Of a stretch of 64,000 nt of DNA, positions 12,082 through 23,889 are shown piece after piece. The DNA is from Mobula hypostoma (taxonomy: Eukaryota). The DNA is taken from positions 17,050,001 through 17,114,000 of the forward strand of contig NC_086108.1 of assembly GCF_963921235.1 (NCBI RefSeq). Direction: 5' to 3'. A program made the position numbers and the translations under genes. Position 1 is the stretch's first letter; each line of letters opens with the position of its first letter. The notes under the pieces are model-generated. The model was given only the letters and a program-made list of their open reading frames with translations, had not been told where the DNA came from and searched no databases.

Positions 12082-15000
12082 GGACTGGAAATACATTAAT
12101 GAGAAGGCTCAAGCAAACAATGCTGACTGGGGAGGCCTTCATTGCAAAGTGCCATTGCAGCAAAATCTCAAAAACATCAAAGGCCTCAAGATATACCAAA
12201 GCTGTTCCAAAGCTGGAACGAAGAAAACTCAAGTGCAACACATGCATTCAACATCTGGTGAGACGATGGAGAACTCAAACTAGGGATCACCTCATAGAGC
12301 TGAAGATCCCTCCACACCTGTGCCACCCCAGTGCCAAAGAAGAGACCGAGTGAGTGCCCTTTTTGACACCCTAATCTATTCATTAAGGAAAGAGAGGATC
12401 AGATGGCCTAGATCATCGGACAGTGTATCTTGGAAGCAGTTCAATTATGACCTGGATTGCATCTTGAAAGCTACATTGGCAGGACCTGTCTCCTGGAAAA
12501 TGTCTCCCTCACAGCCATTGTATTTAACTTTGCTAAAGAGCCATTCAGCCCAATGGAGAAGAATCAGGATCTTAAACCATCACGGCAACCAAACAGGAGA
12601 CTTGTCACCTGAGAAGCAAGATAAAGACCCTGAACAAACAATTTAAAAACTGTTCACCTGATGAAAAAGAAGATATCCAACACACTGCAGGAAAAACTGC
12701 GCAAGCTCAGGAGTGTGGAGCAGCTGCAAAAGTGATGAAGGGAAAAAGAGAGGAGAGCGCAGTTGGTTAAAACCCCAATTAGGTTCACCAGGGCTCTTCT
12801 CAGCCAGCAAAAATCTGGCAGCCTAACCAGCGCAAAGCAGGAGGTGGAAGAATTTCAGCAGGAATCACACAGTGATCCCCGAAGGAATCAGGGACTAGAA
12901 TTCAATCCAAAAGTCCCCCGACCAAGAATCCCAGAGTGGAACATGGCAGAGCCCACGTGGCAGGAGGTGTGAGATATCATCAAGAGAGCAAAGTCATCTG
13001 CTGCCCCGGGACCAAGTGGTTCACCCTACAAGGTATGTAAGAAATGTCCAAAGCTCCTCCAGAGGTTATGGAAGATAATGAAGCAGATTTGTACCAAAAG
13101 ATCTATTCCACTAAACTGAAGGATACTTTGATCCCAAGGAAGAAGGTTCCTCCACAATCACCCAGTTTAGGACAATCTCCTTCCTTAGCGTGAAGAGCAA
13201 GGTATACTTCTTGGTACTTGTGAGAAGGCTGACCTCTTAACCACTATATCACCAAATCCATCCAGAAAGGTGGCATCCCGGGTTTCTAACACAAGTCATT
13301 AATTAGCCTATTGATCCGCGAGGCCAGGTAGAACAAAGGTGACTTAACAGTCATCTGGATAGATCTAGCCAATATCTACAGATCAGTTCCATACATCCTC
13401 ATCCAGGTTGGCCTGGACCACTACCATATCCTGCCAGTAACATGAGACATGATCACCAGCTACCTAGGAGGACTGAAGCTACGCTTCATTTCAACCCACT
13501 TTACAAACAGGTATCAAGACCTCCAAAAAGGGATTCCGACTGGCTGTATCATCTCCCCATCTTGTTTGTTATGGGTATGAGCCTCCTCATATCAACAGCA
13601 GCAGGCGTAACCCAAGGCCCAATGTTGGAGCCCTGGATCTGACAACCTGCATTAGGGGGGTATGGATGAGATTACAGTAATCACTGTAACCCATGTCCAA
13701 GCAAGATGGGTATTGGAAATCCTGGATTATGTAGCTTCCTGGGCTAATATGACCTTCAAGGTCAGGAAGTCCAAATACATGGTGATCAAAAAGGGTAAGG
13801 TTACTAGCAAGTTCAGTCTTCAAGTATAGGGAGAATTCATTAGAGGACAACTCAGTGAAGTGTCGTGGAAAGTAATTTAATGCAGCAATGACAGACAGTG
13901 CCAAAATCACCGACACTGTAAAGCAGACTGAAGAGTGGGTGAAGAAAATCGACAGAACTGGACTCCTTGGTAAATTTAAGACATGGCTGTACCAACATGG
14001 TCTTCTACTAAGACAGCTCTGGCTTTTCATGGCAACAAGTTCCCCATGACCCCTGTAGAAGGCATTGAGAGGAAAGCCAACAAGCATGTGCGGAGGTGAT
14101 TAGGGATCCCCCCAAGGTTTTCTTCCGTGCGGCTCTACATAAGATCAGGCCAGCTACAGCTCCCATTGTCATCGGTAGTGGAGTTCCAGGTGGCAAAGTG
14201 TAGAGTTGTGTTAACACTGAGGGGCTCCGATGAAAAGCTAATAAACAAAGCTGGAGTCACAACAAGATCGGGCTGAAAGTAGGCCACCATCTCAGCTATA
14301 AACCAGACAGTGAACTCCCTTCAACTGAGAGACGTCATCGGCAACCCATGCTTGGGATGGCAAGGCCTTGGCTCTGCACACTCCCAATGATGGGGGGGGG
14401 GTGCGGGGGGGGTGCAAGTGAAAGGGATAGGCTTGACGTGGTCCAGGCAGAAGTGCGGAACCACAAGGATGAAAGGCGAGTATCAAAGGCAGAGGAGTTG
14501 TGGTCACAGGGTGCCTGGACAAAGTGAGATCTTCCCAATCATAAGATCACTTGGGCAGAGCTTTGGAGACTGGAACTCTTCCGCATTTTGTTCCTCCTGT
14601 GGTCCGTGTATGACATGCTCCCTACAACTTCACAGCTGCACACATGGAGGCTGAGAGAGGAACCTAACTGCAAGCTTTGTGGTCATTGCTTTAATTTACT
14701 GGCATAATTAACATATTACTATTTAATTATTTATGGTGCAACTGTAACAAAAACCAATTTCTCCTGGAATCAATAAAGTATGACTATGACTATGACTACT
14801 ATGACATTGGGGTTCACTGGCACACATACTATCAGGATGCAAAACAACTTTAACACAAGGATGGTATAGGTGGCACTATAACAAGGTCCTGCTGCCCCTT
14901 GCTGACACACTGGAGCGGGAAAGATGTAAAAAGAGACAAGCTCGCAGAAGGGCAAACAGGGCAGTCATTTTCATCAAGGAGAGGGTCACGCCAGTCATAT

Positions 15001-15600
15001 CAAAGATCCCTAATCCAATTTGCTGCAAACTGCCAAATCATGGGAGATGAAGGTTGATGTGGAGAGGAAGCTGCAGTTCCCAGAGGTGATGCAAAACACA
15101 CTTCGACCAGACATCATACTGTGGTCCACCAAAGACAAGAAATCATCATGTTGCAGCTCACAGTACCATGGGTGGAAGAATTTGAGGAGGCTCGCGAGAG
15201 GAAAGCCCTGAAGTACTAGTCCTTAGTCCAGGAGTGCAGGGTAAAGGATGGCAGATGTGGCTATTCCCCGTGGAGATTGGCTGTAGAGGATTCCTTGCAA
15301 GGTCAGTATGGAGGTTGTTGCCTGTGCTGGGCAATTGATGAAAAGAGCAAGAACCAAGCAGCTGGCAAGATGGGGGGAGGAGGCAGAAAGATCATCTTGC
15401 TGGATACGGAGCAGGCGAGAGGAGTTGAGCTGGAATTCAGAGGCAGATGGGCAGTGACTTGGCCACCACTGCTGATCCACCTACTGGAGAGTGTAGCAGT
15501 TAAGCGTCAAAACACTCTTTGAAGGTTGGGCATCTGACGACATCTGCTCCTGGCCGAAGGCTACGGTCACCTCATCAGGTAACTGAAGAGAGCACTCCGG
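12082..15600 (+). mobile_element. HERO/NeSL-type RLE retrotransposon, near full length, degenerate
   Basis: RKERIRWPRSSD, AEPTWQEV, RT remnants, a CKLCG knuckle and LRPDIILWSTKD. Related to the element at 1-3990 but diverged and in the opposite orientation. Confidence 0.88.
14689..14804 (+). mobile_element. Short LINE/SINE 3' tail insertion with an (atgact)n end
   Basis: caataaagta(tgacta)n tail; cattg is duplicated at 14684-14688 and 14805-14809. The same tail recurs at ~45138-45175. Confidence 0.7.
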
Positions 15601-16854
15601 TGAATGATGGAAGCTTATTGTAGATATAGTTTTTGTTATTATGGATTGCAATGTACTGCTGTTGCAAGACAACAAATTTCGTGACAATGGGTACTTATAG
15701 ATGGATGAAGCCCATATGAATGGATACAACTTGGATTTAATAATTAATGCAGCAAGTGTACAATTTTCCATACAATGTGATCCTTATCCATTCTTTTATA
15801 ATGTTTAACAGGATGTTTATGATGAGATTAATACACTCTCTTGAGAGCAGTCTAGGCAACCACGTCATGATTGCATATTGAATTATCTAGGCTACTTTTA
15901 TGGAGTCTGTTACCAGAAAATGTTCACTGCTGCCAGTAACAGTCTGCTGTAATTAGTCTCTTTAAAACATTTTTTGAATTAATGTCAGCACCAATAGTGG
16001 ATTAAAGTCTTTAAAGTCTATTTACTGTAGAGATAACTTATTCTCAAAAATGGTGTAAAAGGAGTACAGTATAAGAGTTATCAGCCACTGGATCAAAAAT
16101 CCTTTGTACATGTGAGGGTCTTTTTCAGGATGCCATCACACTTCAAGATGGCAAATGTCACAAGGGCAGGTTATTTTTCATACCTTGCAGTTGCAAAATT
16201 CTATTGGTTTGAAATTATTGTTTGGAGAAGACTCGTTGAGGTGTAGAGATATATATATGTTTGAAGCACATTATTACAGAACTTAAATGTACTCTTTACT
16301 TCACAGAGGCTTTGTCGAGCATTTAGATAAGGGTATGTCCATCAAAGTGTGATGTTAAGCTTTATTCTTAAACATTTTGTTTTAGGAGCAACGAATAAAT
16401 TTGAATACTTTAAGCCTAGACCTTTGAAAGAAACATTTCAAAGCCCAAATTGTTGGTATGTTTGTAGATAAACCTTTAAAGCATTTCAGTCTGCCAGATC
16501 TCTTGCCAAGCCTGATCAATATTCAATCTCTTCAATGACATTGTGATGTGTTTGATGGATGAGCTCAAAGGATTATTGTGTTGATTCAGAAGCAATATGA
16601 TTCAGTGGGCAAAATTAGCTCAAATATAGTAAAACACTACATTAATTAATACTTACAAGGCATAAATCTACCCACTCTTAATACATAATAATCATATCTT
16701 GGAACTAAAATTAGCCATAATTTATCAGATAAGAACATTTTCAGATAATCATAATAATACTTTTTTTTCTTTCTTCAGGTACATTCCAAACAATTGTTTC
16801 AATAGAAATAAAAGTTGTAAGTTGATCTCCATATAGCAAGAGAATGCTGACACT

Positions 16855-17620
16855 GTAGTGATTCAGCAACTTTAAATTCCTCAGTGTTATCATTTCCAAG
16901 GACCTGCTCTGGGCCCAGCACACAAGTGAAATTACAAAGTAATTACGCAGTCCTTCTACTTCCTTTGGAGTTTGTGAGGATTCAGCACAACATCTAAAAC
17001 TTTGGCAAACTTCAATAGATGTGGAGTGGAGAGAATATTGACTGGCTGCATCACAGCCTGGTATGGAAACACCATTGCCCTTGAATGGAAAATCCTACAA
17101 AAAGTAATGGATATGGCCCAGTCCATCATGGGTAAAGCCCTCCCCACCACTGAGCACATCTACATGAAATGCTGCCACAGGAAAGCAGCATCCATCATCA
17201 GGACATACTCTCTTCTAGCTGCTACCACCTGGAAGAAGATACAGGAGCCTCAGGACTCACAGCACCAGGTTCAGGAACAGTTATTACCCCTCAACCATCA
17301 TGCTCTTTAACCAAAGGAGATAATTTCGCTCAGCTTCACTTGCCCCATCATTGAAATGTTCCCACAACCTATGGACTCACTTTCAAGGATTCTTTAGCTC
17401 ATGTTCTCAGTATTTATTGCTTATTTATTTATTTTTATTTCTTTCTCTCTTTGCACAGTTTGTTGTCTTCTACACTCTGATTGAACACCCAAGTTGGGTG
17501 GCCTTTCATTGATTCTGTTATAGTTATTATTCTGTAGATTTTTTTTGAGTATGGTCGCAGGAAAATGAATCTCAAGATTGTATGCATATCTGTACTTCTA
17601 TAATACATTTACTTTGAATA
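16855..17620 (+). mobile_element. Rex1/Babar-type LINE 3' fragment with 3' UTR
   Basis: VERILTGCITAWYG motif in ORF 17002-17310. Confidence 0.82.
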
Positions 17621-17776
17621 AAAGAAAGAGTTGAGCATCGACCCTGAAAATTAACAGTTTTCTTTCAAAAGAACGTAATAAATTGAAGTATTCCTACAAT
17701 GAATCATTAAAAACAAACAGAATATGTATCATTTCCATCAAACTATTTTTATTGCTCACAAACATACTTTACAAAA

Positions 17777-20040
17777 CATACTTTCCCTCCGCACTAATCC
17801 TAACATTATTATTAAACCCGCTGATAAAGGGGGTGCTGTTGTAGTCTGGCATACTGACCTCTACCTTGCCGAGGCACAGCGACAACTCGCGGATACCTCC
17901 TCTTATTTACCCCTCGATCGTGACCCCACCAAGGAGCACCAGGCCATTGTCTCCCACACTATCAACGACTTTATCCGCTCAGGGGATCTCCCATCCACTG
18001 CTACCAACCTTATAGTTCCCACACCCCGCACTTCCCGTTTCTACCTCCTACCCAAGATCCACAAACCTGCCTGTCCTGGCCGACCTATTGTCTCAGCTTG
18101 CTCCTGCCCCACCGAACTCGTTTCTGCATACCTCGACACTGTTTTATCACCCCTTGTTCAATCCCTTCCGACCTATGTTCGTGACACTTCTCACGCTCTT
18201 AAACTTTTCGATGATTTTAAGTTCCCTGGCCCCCACCGCTTTATTTTCACCATGGATGTCCAGTCCTTATATACTTCCATCCCCCATCAGGAAGGTCTCA
18301 AAGCTCTACGCTTCTTTTTGGATTCCAGACCTAATCAGTTCCCCTCTACCACCACTCTGCTCCGTCTAGCGGAATTAGTCCTTACTCTTAATAATTTCTC
18401 CTTTTGCTCCTCCCATTTCCTCCAAACCAAAGGTGTAGCTATGGGCACCCGTATGGGTCCTAGCTATGCCTGCCTTTTTGTTGGGTTTGTGGAACAATCT
18501 AGGTTCCGTGCCTATTCTGGTATCTGTCCTCCACTTTTCCTTCGCTACATCGACGACTGCATTGGCACTGCTTCCTGCACGCATGCAGAACTCGTTGACT
18601 TTATTAACTTTGCCTCCAACTTTCACCCTGCCCTCAAGTTTACCTGGTCCATTTCCGACACCTCCCTCCCCTTTCTAGATCTTTCTGTCTCTGTCTCTGG
18701 AGACAGCTTATCCACTGATGTCTACTATAAGCCTACTGACTCTCACAGCTATCTGGACTATTCCTCTTCTCACCCTGTCTCTTGCAAAAACGCCATCCCC
18801 TTCTCGCAATTCCTCCGTCTCCGCCGCATCTGCTCTCAGGATGAGGCTTTTCATTCTAGGACGAGGGAGATGTCTTCATTTTTTAAAGAAAGGGGCTTCC
18901 CTTCCTCCACTATCAACTGCTCTTAAATGCATCTCCCCCATTTCACGTACATCTGCTCTCACTCCATCCTCCCACCACCCCACTAGGAATAGGGTTCCCC
19001 TGGTCCTCACCTACCACCCCACCAGCCTCCGGGTCCAACATATTATTCTCCGTAACTTCCGCCACCTCCAACGGGATCCCACCACTAAGCACATCTTTCC
19101 TTCCCCCCCTCTCTCTGCATTCCGCAGGGATCGCTCCCTACACAACTCCCTTGTCCATTCGTCCCCCCCATCCCTTCCCACTGATCTCCCTCCTGGCACT
19201 TATCCGTGTAAGCGGAACAAGTGCTACACATGCCCTTACACTTCCTCCCTTACCACCATTCAGGGCCCCAAACAGTCCTTCCAGGTGAGGCATCACTTCA
19301 CCTGTGAGTCGACTGGGGTGATATACTGCGTCCGGTGCTCCCGATGTGGCCTTTTATATATTGGTGAGACCCGACGCAGACTGGGAGACCGCTTTGCTGA
19401 ACATCTACGCTCTGTCCGCCAGAGAAAGCAGGATCTCCCAGTGGCCACACATTTTAATTCCACATGCCATTCCCATTCTGACATGTCTATCCACGGCCTC
19501 CTCTACTGTAAAGATGAAGCCACACTCAGGTTGGAGGAACAACACCTTATCTTCCGTCTGGGTAGCCTCCAACCTGATGGCATGAACATCGACTTCTCTA
19601 ACTTCCGCTAGGCCCCACCTCCCCCTCGTACCCCATCTGTGACTCATTTTTATGCACACATTCTTTCTCTCACTCTCCTTTTTCTCCCTCTGTCCCTCTG
19701 AATATACCTCTTGCCCATCCTCTGGGTCACCCCCGCCCCCCGTCTTTCTTCCCGGACCTCCTGTCCCATGATCCTCTCGTATCCCCTTTTGCCTATCACC
19801 TGTCCAGCTCTCGGCTCTATCCCTCCCCCTCCTGTCTTCTCCTATCATTTTGCATCTCCCCCTCCCCCTCCAGCTTTCAAATCCCTTACTCACTCTTCCT
19901 TCAGTTCGTCCTGACGAAGGGTCTCGGCCTGAAACGTTGACTGCGCCTCTTCCTATAGATGCTGCTTGGTCTGCTGCGTTCACCAGCAACTTTGATGTAT
20001 GTTGCTTGAATTTCCAGCATCTGCAGAATTCCTGTTGTTT
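17777..20040 (+). mobile_element. Penelope-like element (RT + GIY-YIG endonuclease + pseudo-LTR), 5'-truncated, young
   Basis: ORF 17724-18926 has IKPADKG, LPKIHKP, GRPIVS, MDVQSLYTSIP, GVAMGTRMGP and RYIDD. After one frameshift near 18920 the frame continues to GVIYCVRC...LLYIGET (GIY-YIG) and a stop at 19611. 13-bp TSD atactttacaaaa at 17764-17776 and 20041-20053. Confidence 0.95.
19902..19943 (+). ncRNA. Minimal type I hammerhead ribozyme motif in the PLE pseudo-LTR
   Basis: gtc-CTGACGA-agggtctcggcct-GAAA-cGTT-gac: conserved core boxes, a short helix II hairpin, a palindromic ACGT helix III, and helix I gtc/gac. Confidence 0.8.
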
Positions 20041-20075
20041 ATACTTTACAAAAGTTCTCTTCACGAAAATTCCAG

Positions 20076-20632
20076 TGTAAGGGTTTTTTCTTTCATGTTA
20101 CTTGCTAAGGCTAATAATGAAATGGCTTCTCTGTAATGTTAACTGATGAGGTAATGTTCTCTGTAGCAGCGTGTTTGGGTTCTAATTAGTGTGGGATAGA
20201 TGTTATTCTTTCTGTCTGTGTGAAAGCTGTTAGTTTGCGCGAAGAGGATGACGAGAGAAGAGGTGGCTTGAAGAGACGGTTGCCGGACCCGCTGGGCCTG
20301 GGCTCGGGGCGGGAGCCCAGGGGTCAATGACGAGCGAAGGAGGATCAGCGACAGGGAATCCGTGAGCTCCAATGTTTGTGCACTGGACATGTTTATGAGA
20401 TTATTGGCACCTTTTATTTGTTTTCCTTTTCTTTTGTTTCTCTGCTAACCCCATACTTAAATACAAAATCTTAATCGTTTAACTGCACATTGTGGACTGA
20501 ATGTTATTTCGGGGTACTGATGTTACACAGGGGACACAACACGCAGCATCCACCCAAACAAGAGTGCTAAAGTTTGGCCGGGTAGGGGGCGCCACCCCAG
20601 AGATCATGCCACTAGGCAAAGCAAGTCTTACA
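20076..20632. mobile_element. Solo LTR (probably Gypsy-like)
   Basis: TGTAAG...CTTACA perfect inverted termini; 4-bp TSD ccag (20072-20075, 20633-20636). Confidence 0.88.
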
Positions 20633-21519
20633 CCAGCGAGACCACATATTGAAAATTGATTATGAAACAAAGTTTACTCTTAAATGTAAACCAGTCAAAC
20701 AAAACACTTGGGAGTGTTGATTGAAAACCAATACTAACCTATAACTGCAACTTCATTTTTTTCTTAATTTGAAAATTATCTTTGGAAAATAACTTCTACT
20801 ATTTTACACATTAATTTTTTTTTAAAACCTTGCATCAAAAGTTACACCAGTACCTTTCTTTTGAATTCTATCCCCCAACACAGCATACAAACTAAAACCA
20901 TTAACAATCAGATTCACACTTTCCAAACTTTGAAGAGTGAAGATGATAGTAGATAGAGTAACCATGGAAACTTTGCATAAAGACATTCTAACAAAAGAAT
21001 ACTGCTCACGTACACAGTTAAATCACACTTACACAGAGACGAGACAAGGTCATGTCTAAAAACTGATCCATTTGGGCTATATTTTATGTATAGTTTGCAC
21101 ATAAAGAAATTTTTACCAAGAATAGAATCTGCTATGATTAATTAACAATCAAAACACCTGGAGTAGGATTAAATAGGTGAAAAACACAAGATATTTTGCA
21201 AATACTGGTAATCTTGAGGAACACACACAAAATGCTGGAGGATCTCAGCAAGTCAGGCAGCATCTATGGAGGCGAATAAACAATCACTGTTTCAGGCTCC
21301 AGCTCTATTACTAGAACTACCCTTAGTTCGAGAGTACAGTTGTAAATCAAACAATTTACTGTTTGATCTGATTAGATCTTATCAACCCCACTGATTAAGA
21401 TCACTCTCAATTCCCTTCACATTCTCCTAAAAGGTAATGCCAAAGCTAAAGCCCACCCTATTTCTTGGAGACTAGATGTTGATGGAAACCTCACTCCATC
21501 CTCCGTGGAGGATGGACTC

Positions 21520-21600
21520 ACTAGATTCCCAAACTTTTTTATGCCATGGATCTCTACCATTATCAAAGAGGTTCATGGAGCCCAGGTTGGGAACACCTGC
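21520..21600. mobile_element. Small hAT/Charlie-like MITE remnant
   Basis: ttcccaaact...aggttgggaa inverted ends about 80 bp apart; no clear TSD. Confidence 0.45.
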
Positions 21601-22077
21601 TCCAGACCCATGCCAATTTGCCATTTGGTACTGAAACAAGACAAGACAGTAAAGGCAGAATCTAACCGGCTGACACATTAGTCTGCAAGTAAGCATCTTT
21701 GGTGTCTATTGCTGCTGGGAAGTGAGGAGATCTCAGAGAGTGGGCAGAAGGGAAGAACATCAGAGATAGGGAGAGAAAGGGCCAGGATAGGGTGTAGAAA
21801 AGGAGAGAAAAGGGTAAAAAAAATTAACGTGAGAGAGGATAAAGAGAAAAAGTGGTAAATGGGAGGTGGAGAGAGAATGAGGTCAGAGAGAGGGGTAAAA
21901 AGAGAAAAAGAGAGACTCAAGAAGCAAGGACTTGCAAACACAATATTGAAGCAGCTCTTTTGATTGGAATGAGGTGCTTGGTTTGATTCTTTGCTCACTG
22001 ACTGATAATTTGACCTTTCCTCTCTTCTCATGTCTCGCTCCCCTACTACCTCTTGATCCCACCTTCCAGCATGCAAT

Positions 22078-23800
22078 ATAGAAACATAAAAATTAGGTGC
22101 AGGAGTAGGGCATTTGGCCCTTCGAGCCTGCACCACCATTCAGTACGATCATGGCTGATCATCCAACTCAGAACCATGTACCTGCCTTCTTTCCATACCC
22201 CCTGATCCCTTTAGCCACAAGGGCCATATCTAACTCCCTCTTAAATATAGCCAGTGAACTGGCCTCAACTGTTTCCTGTGGCAGAGAATTCAACAGATTC
22301 ACCACTCTCTGTGTGAAAAGTTTTTCCTCATCTCGGTCCTAAAAGGCTTCCCCTTTATCCTCAAACTGTGACCCCTCGTTCTGGACTTCCCCAACATCGG
22401 GAACAATCTTCCTGCATCTAGCCTGTCCAATCCCTTTAGAATTTTATACATTTCAATCAGATCCCCCCTCAATCTTCTAAATTCCAGAGAGTACAAGCCT
22501 AGTCGATCCAGTCTTTCATCATATGAAAGTCCTGCCATCCCAGGAATCAATCTGGTGAACCTTCTTTGTACTCCCTCTATGGCAAGAATGTCTTTCCTCA
22601 GATTAGGGGACCAAAACTGCACACAATACTCCAGGTGTGGTCTCACCAAGGCCTTGTACAACTGCAGTAGTACCTCCCTGCTCCTGTACTCGAATCCTCT
22701 TGCTATGAATGCCAGCATACCATTCGCCTTTTTCACTGCCTGCTGTACTTGCATGCCCACTTTCAATGACTGGTGTACAATGACACCCAGGTCTCATTAC
22801 ACCTCCCCTTTTCCTAATCAGTCACCATTCAGATAATAATCTATTTTCCTGTTCTTGCCTCCAAAGTGGATAACCTCACATTTATCCACATTAGATTGCA
22901 TCTGCCATGAATTTGCCCACTCACCTAACCTATCCAAGTCACCCTGCATCCTCTTAGCATCCTCCTCACAGCTAACACTGCCGCCCAGCTTCGTGTCATC
23001 TGCAAACTTGGAGATACTGCATTTAATTCCCTCATCTAAGTCATTAATATATATTGTAAACAACTGGGGTCCCAGCACTGAGCCTTGCGGTACCCCACTA
23101 GTCACTGCCTGCCATTCTGAAAAGGTCCCGTTTATTCCCACTCTTTGCTTCCTATCTGCCAACCAATTCTGTATCCACATCAATACCATACCCCCAATAC
23201 CGTGTGCTTTAAGTTTGCACACTAATCTCCTGCTTGTCAAAAGCCTTTTGAAAATCCAAATATACCACATCCACTGGTTCTCCCCATCCACTCTACTAGT
23301 TACATCCTCAAAAAATTCTGTGAGATTCGTCAGACATGATTTTCCTTTCACAAATCCATGCTGACTTTGTCTGATGATTTCACCACTTTCCAAATGTGCT
23401 GTTATGACATCTTTGATAACTGACTGTAGCATTTTCCCCACCACTGATGTCAGGCTTACAGGTCTATAATTCCCTGGTTTCTCTCTCCCTCCTTTTTTAA
23501 AAAGCAGGATTACATTAGCCACCCTCCAATCCTCAGGAACTAATCCATTATCTAAAGAGTTTTGAAAAATTATCACTAATGTATCCACTATTTCCTGGGC
23601 CACTTCCTTAAACACTTTGGGATGCAGACCATCTGGCCCTGGGGAGTTATCTGCCTTTAATCCCTTCAATTTACCTAACACCACTTCCCTACTAACATGT
23701 ATTTCCCTCAGTTCCTCCATCTCACTAGACCCTCAGTTCCCTACTATTTCCGGAAGATTATTTATGTCCTCCTTAGTGAAGACAGAACCAAAGTAGTTAA
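22078..23800 (-). mobile_element. CR1 LINE ORF2 (RT) and 3' end, 5'-truncated
   Basis: ORFs 22818-23720 and 22299-22766 contain [36 protein letters not shown] and RPHLEYC. Confidence 0.95.
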
Positions 23801-23889
23801 TGCTCCAGGTCACGGCTTTTCAAAGTAGTTAATGCTCCAGGTCACAGCTTTTCAAGTACAGATCCAACTACAAACGTACTTTTAGGGTG

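Larger units (their letters stand above)
10747..16540 (+). repeat. Direct duplication of ~1.33 kb (10747-12081 and 15212-16540)
   Basis: Colinear copies with scattered substitutions and a few indels; the ORF track shows the same spurious peptides twice (10813/15277 and 11017/15481). Confidence 0.95.

Noticed and set aside
19405..20064. 219-aa minus-strand ORF
   Set aside because: It is antisense to the PLE C-terminus and the CT-rich pseudo-LTR, and is low complexity.
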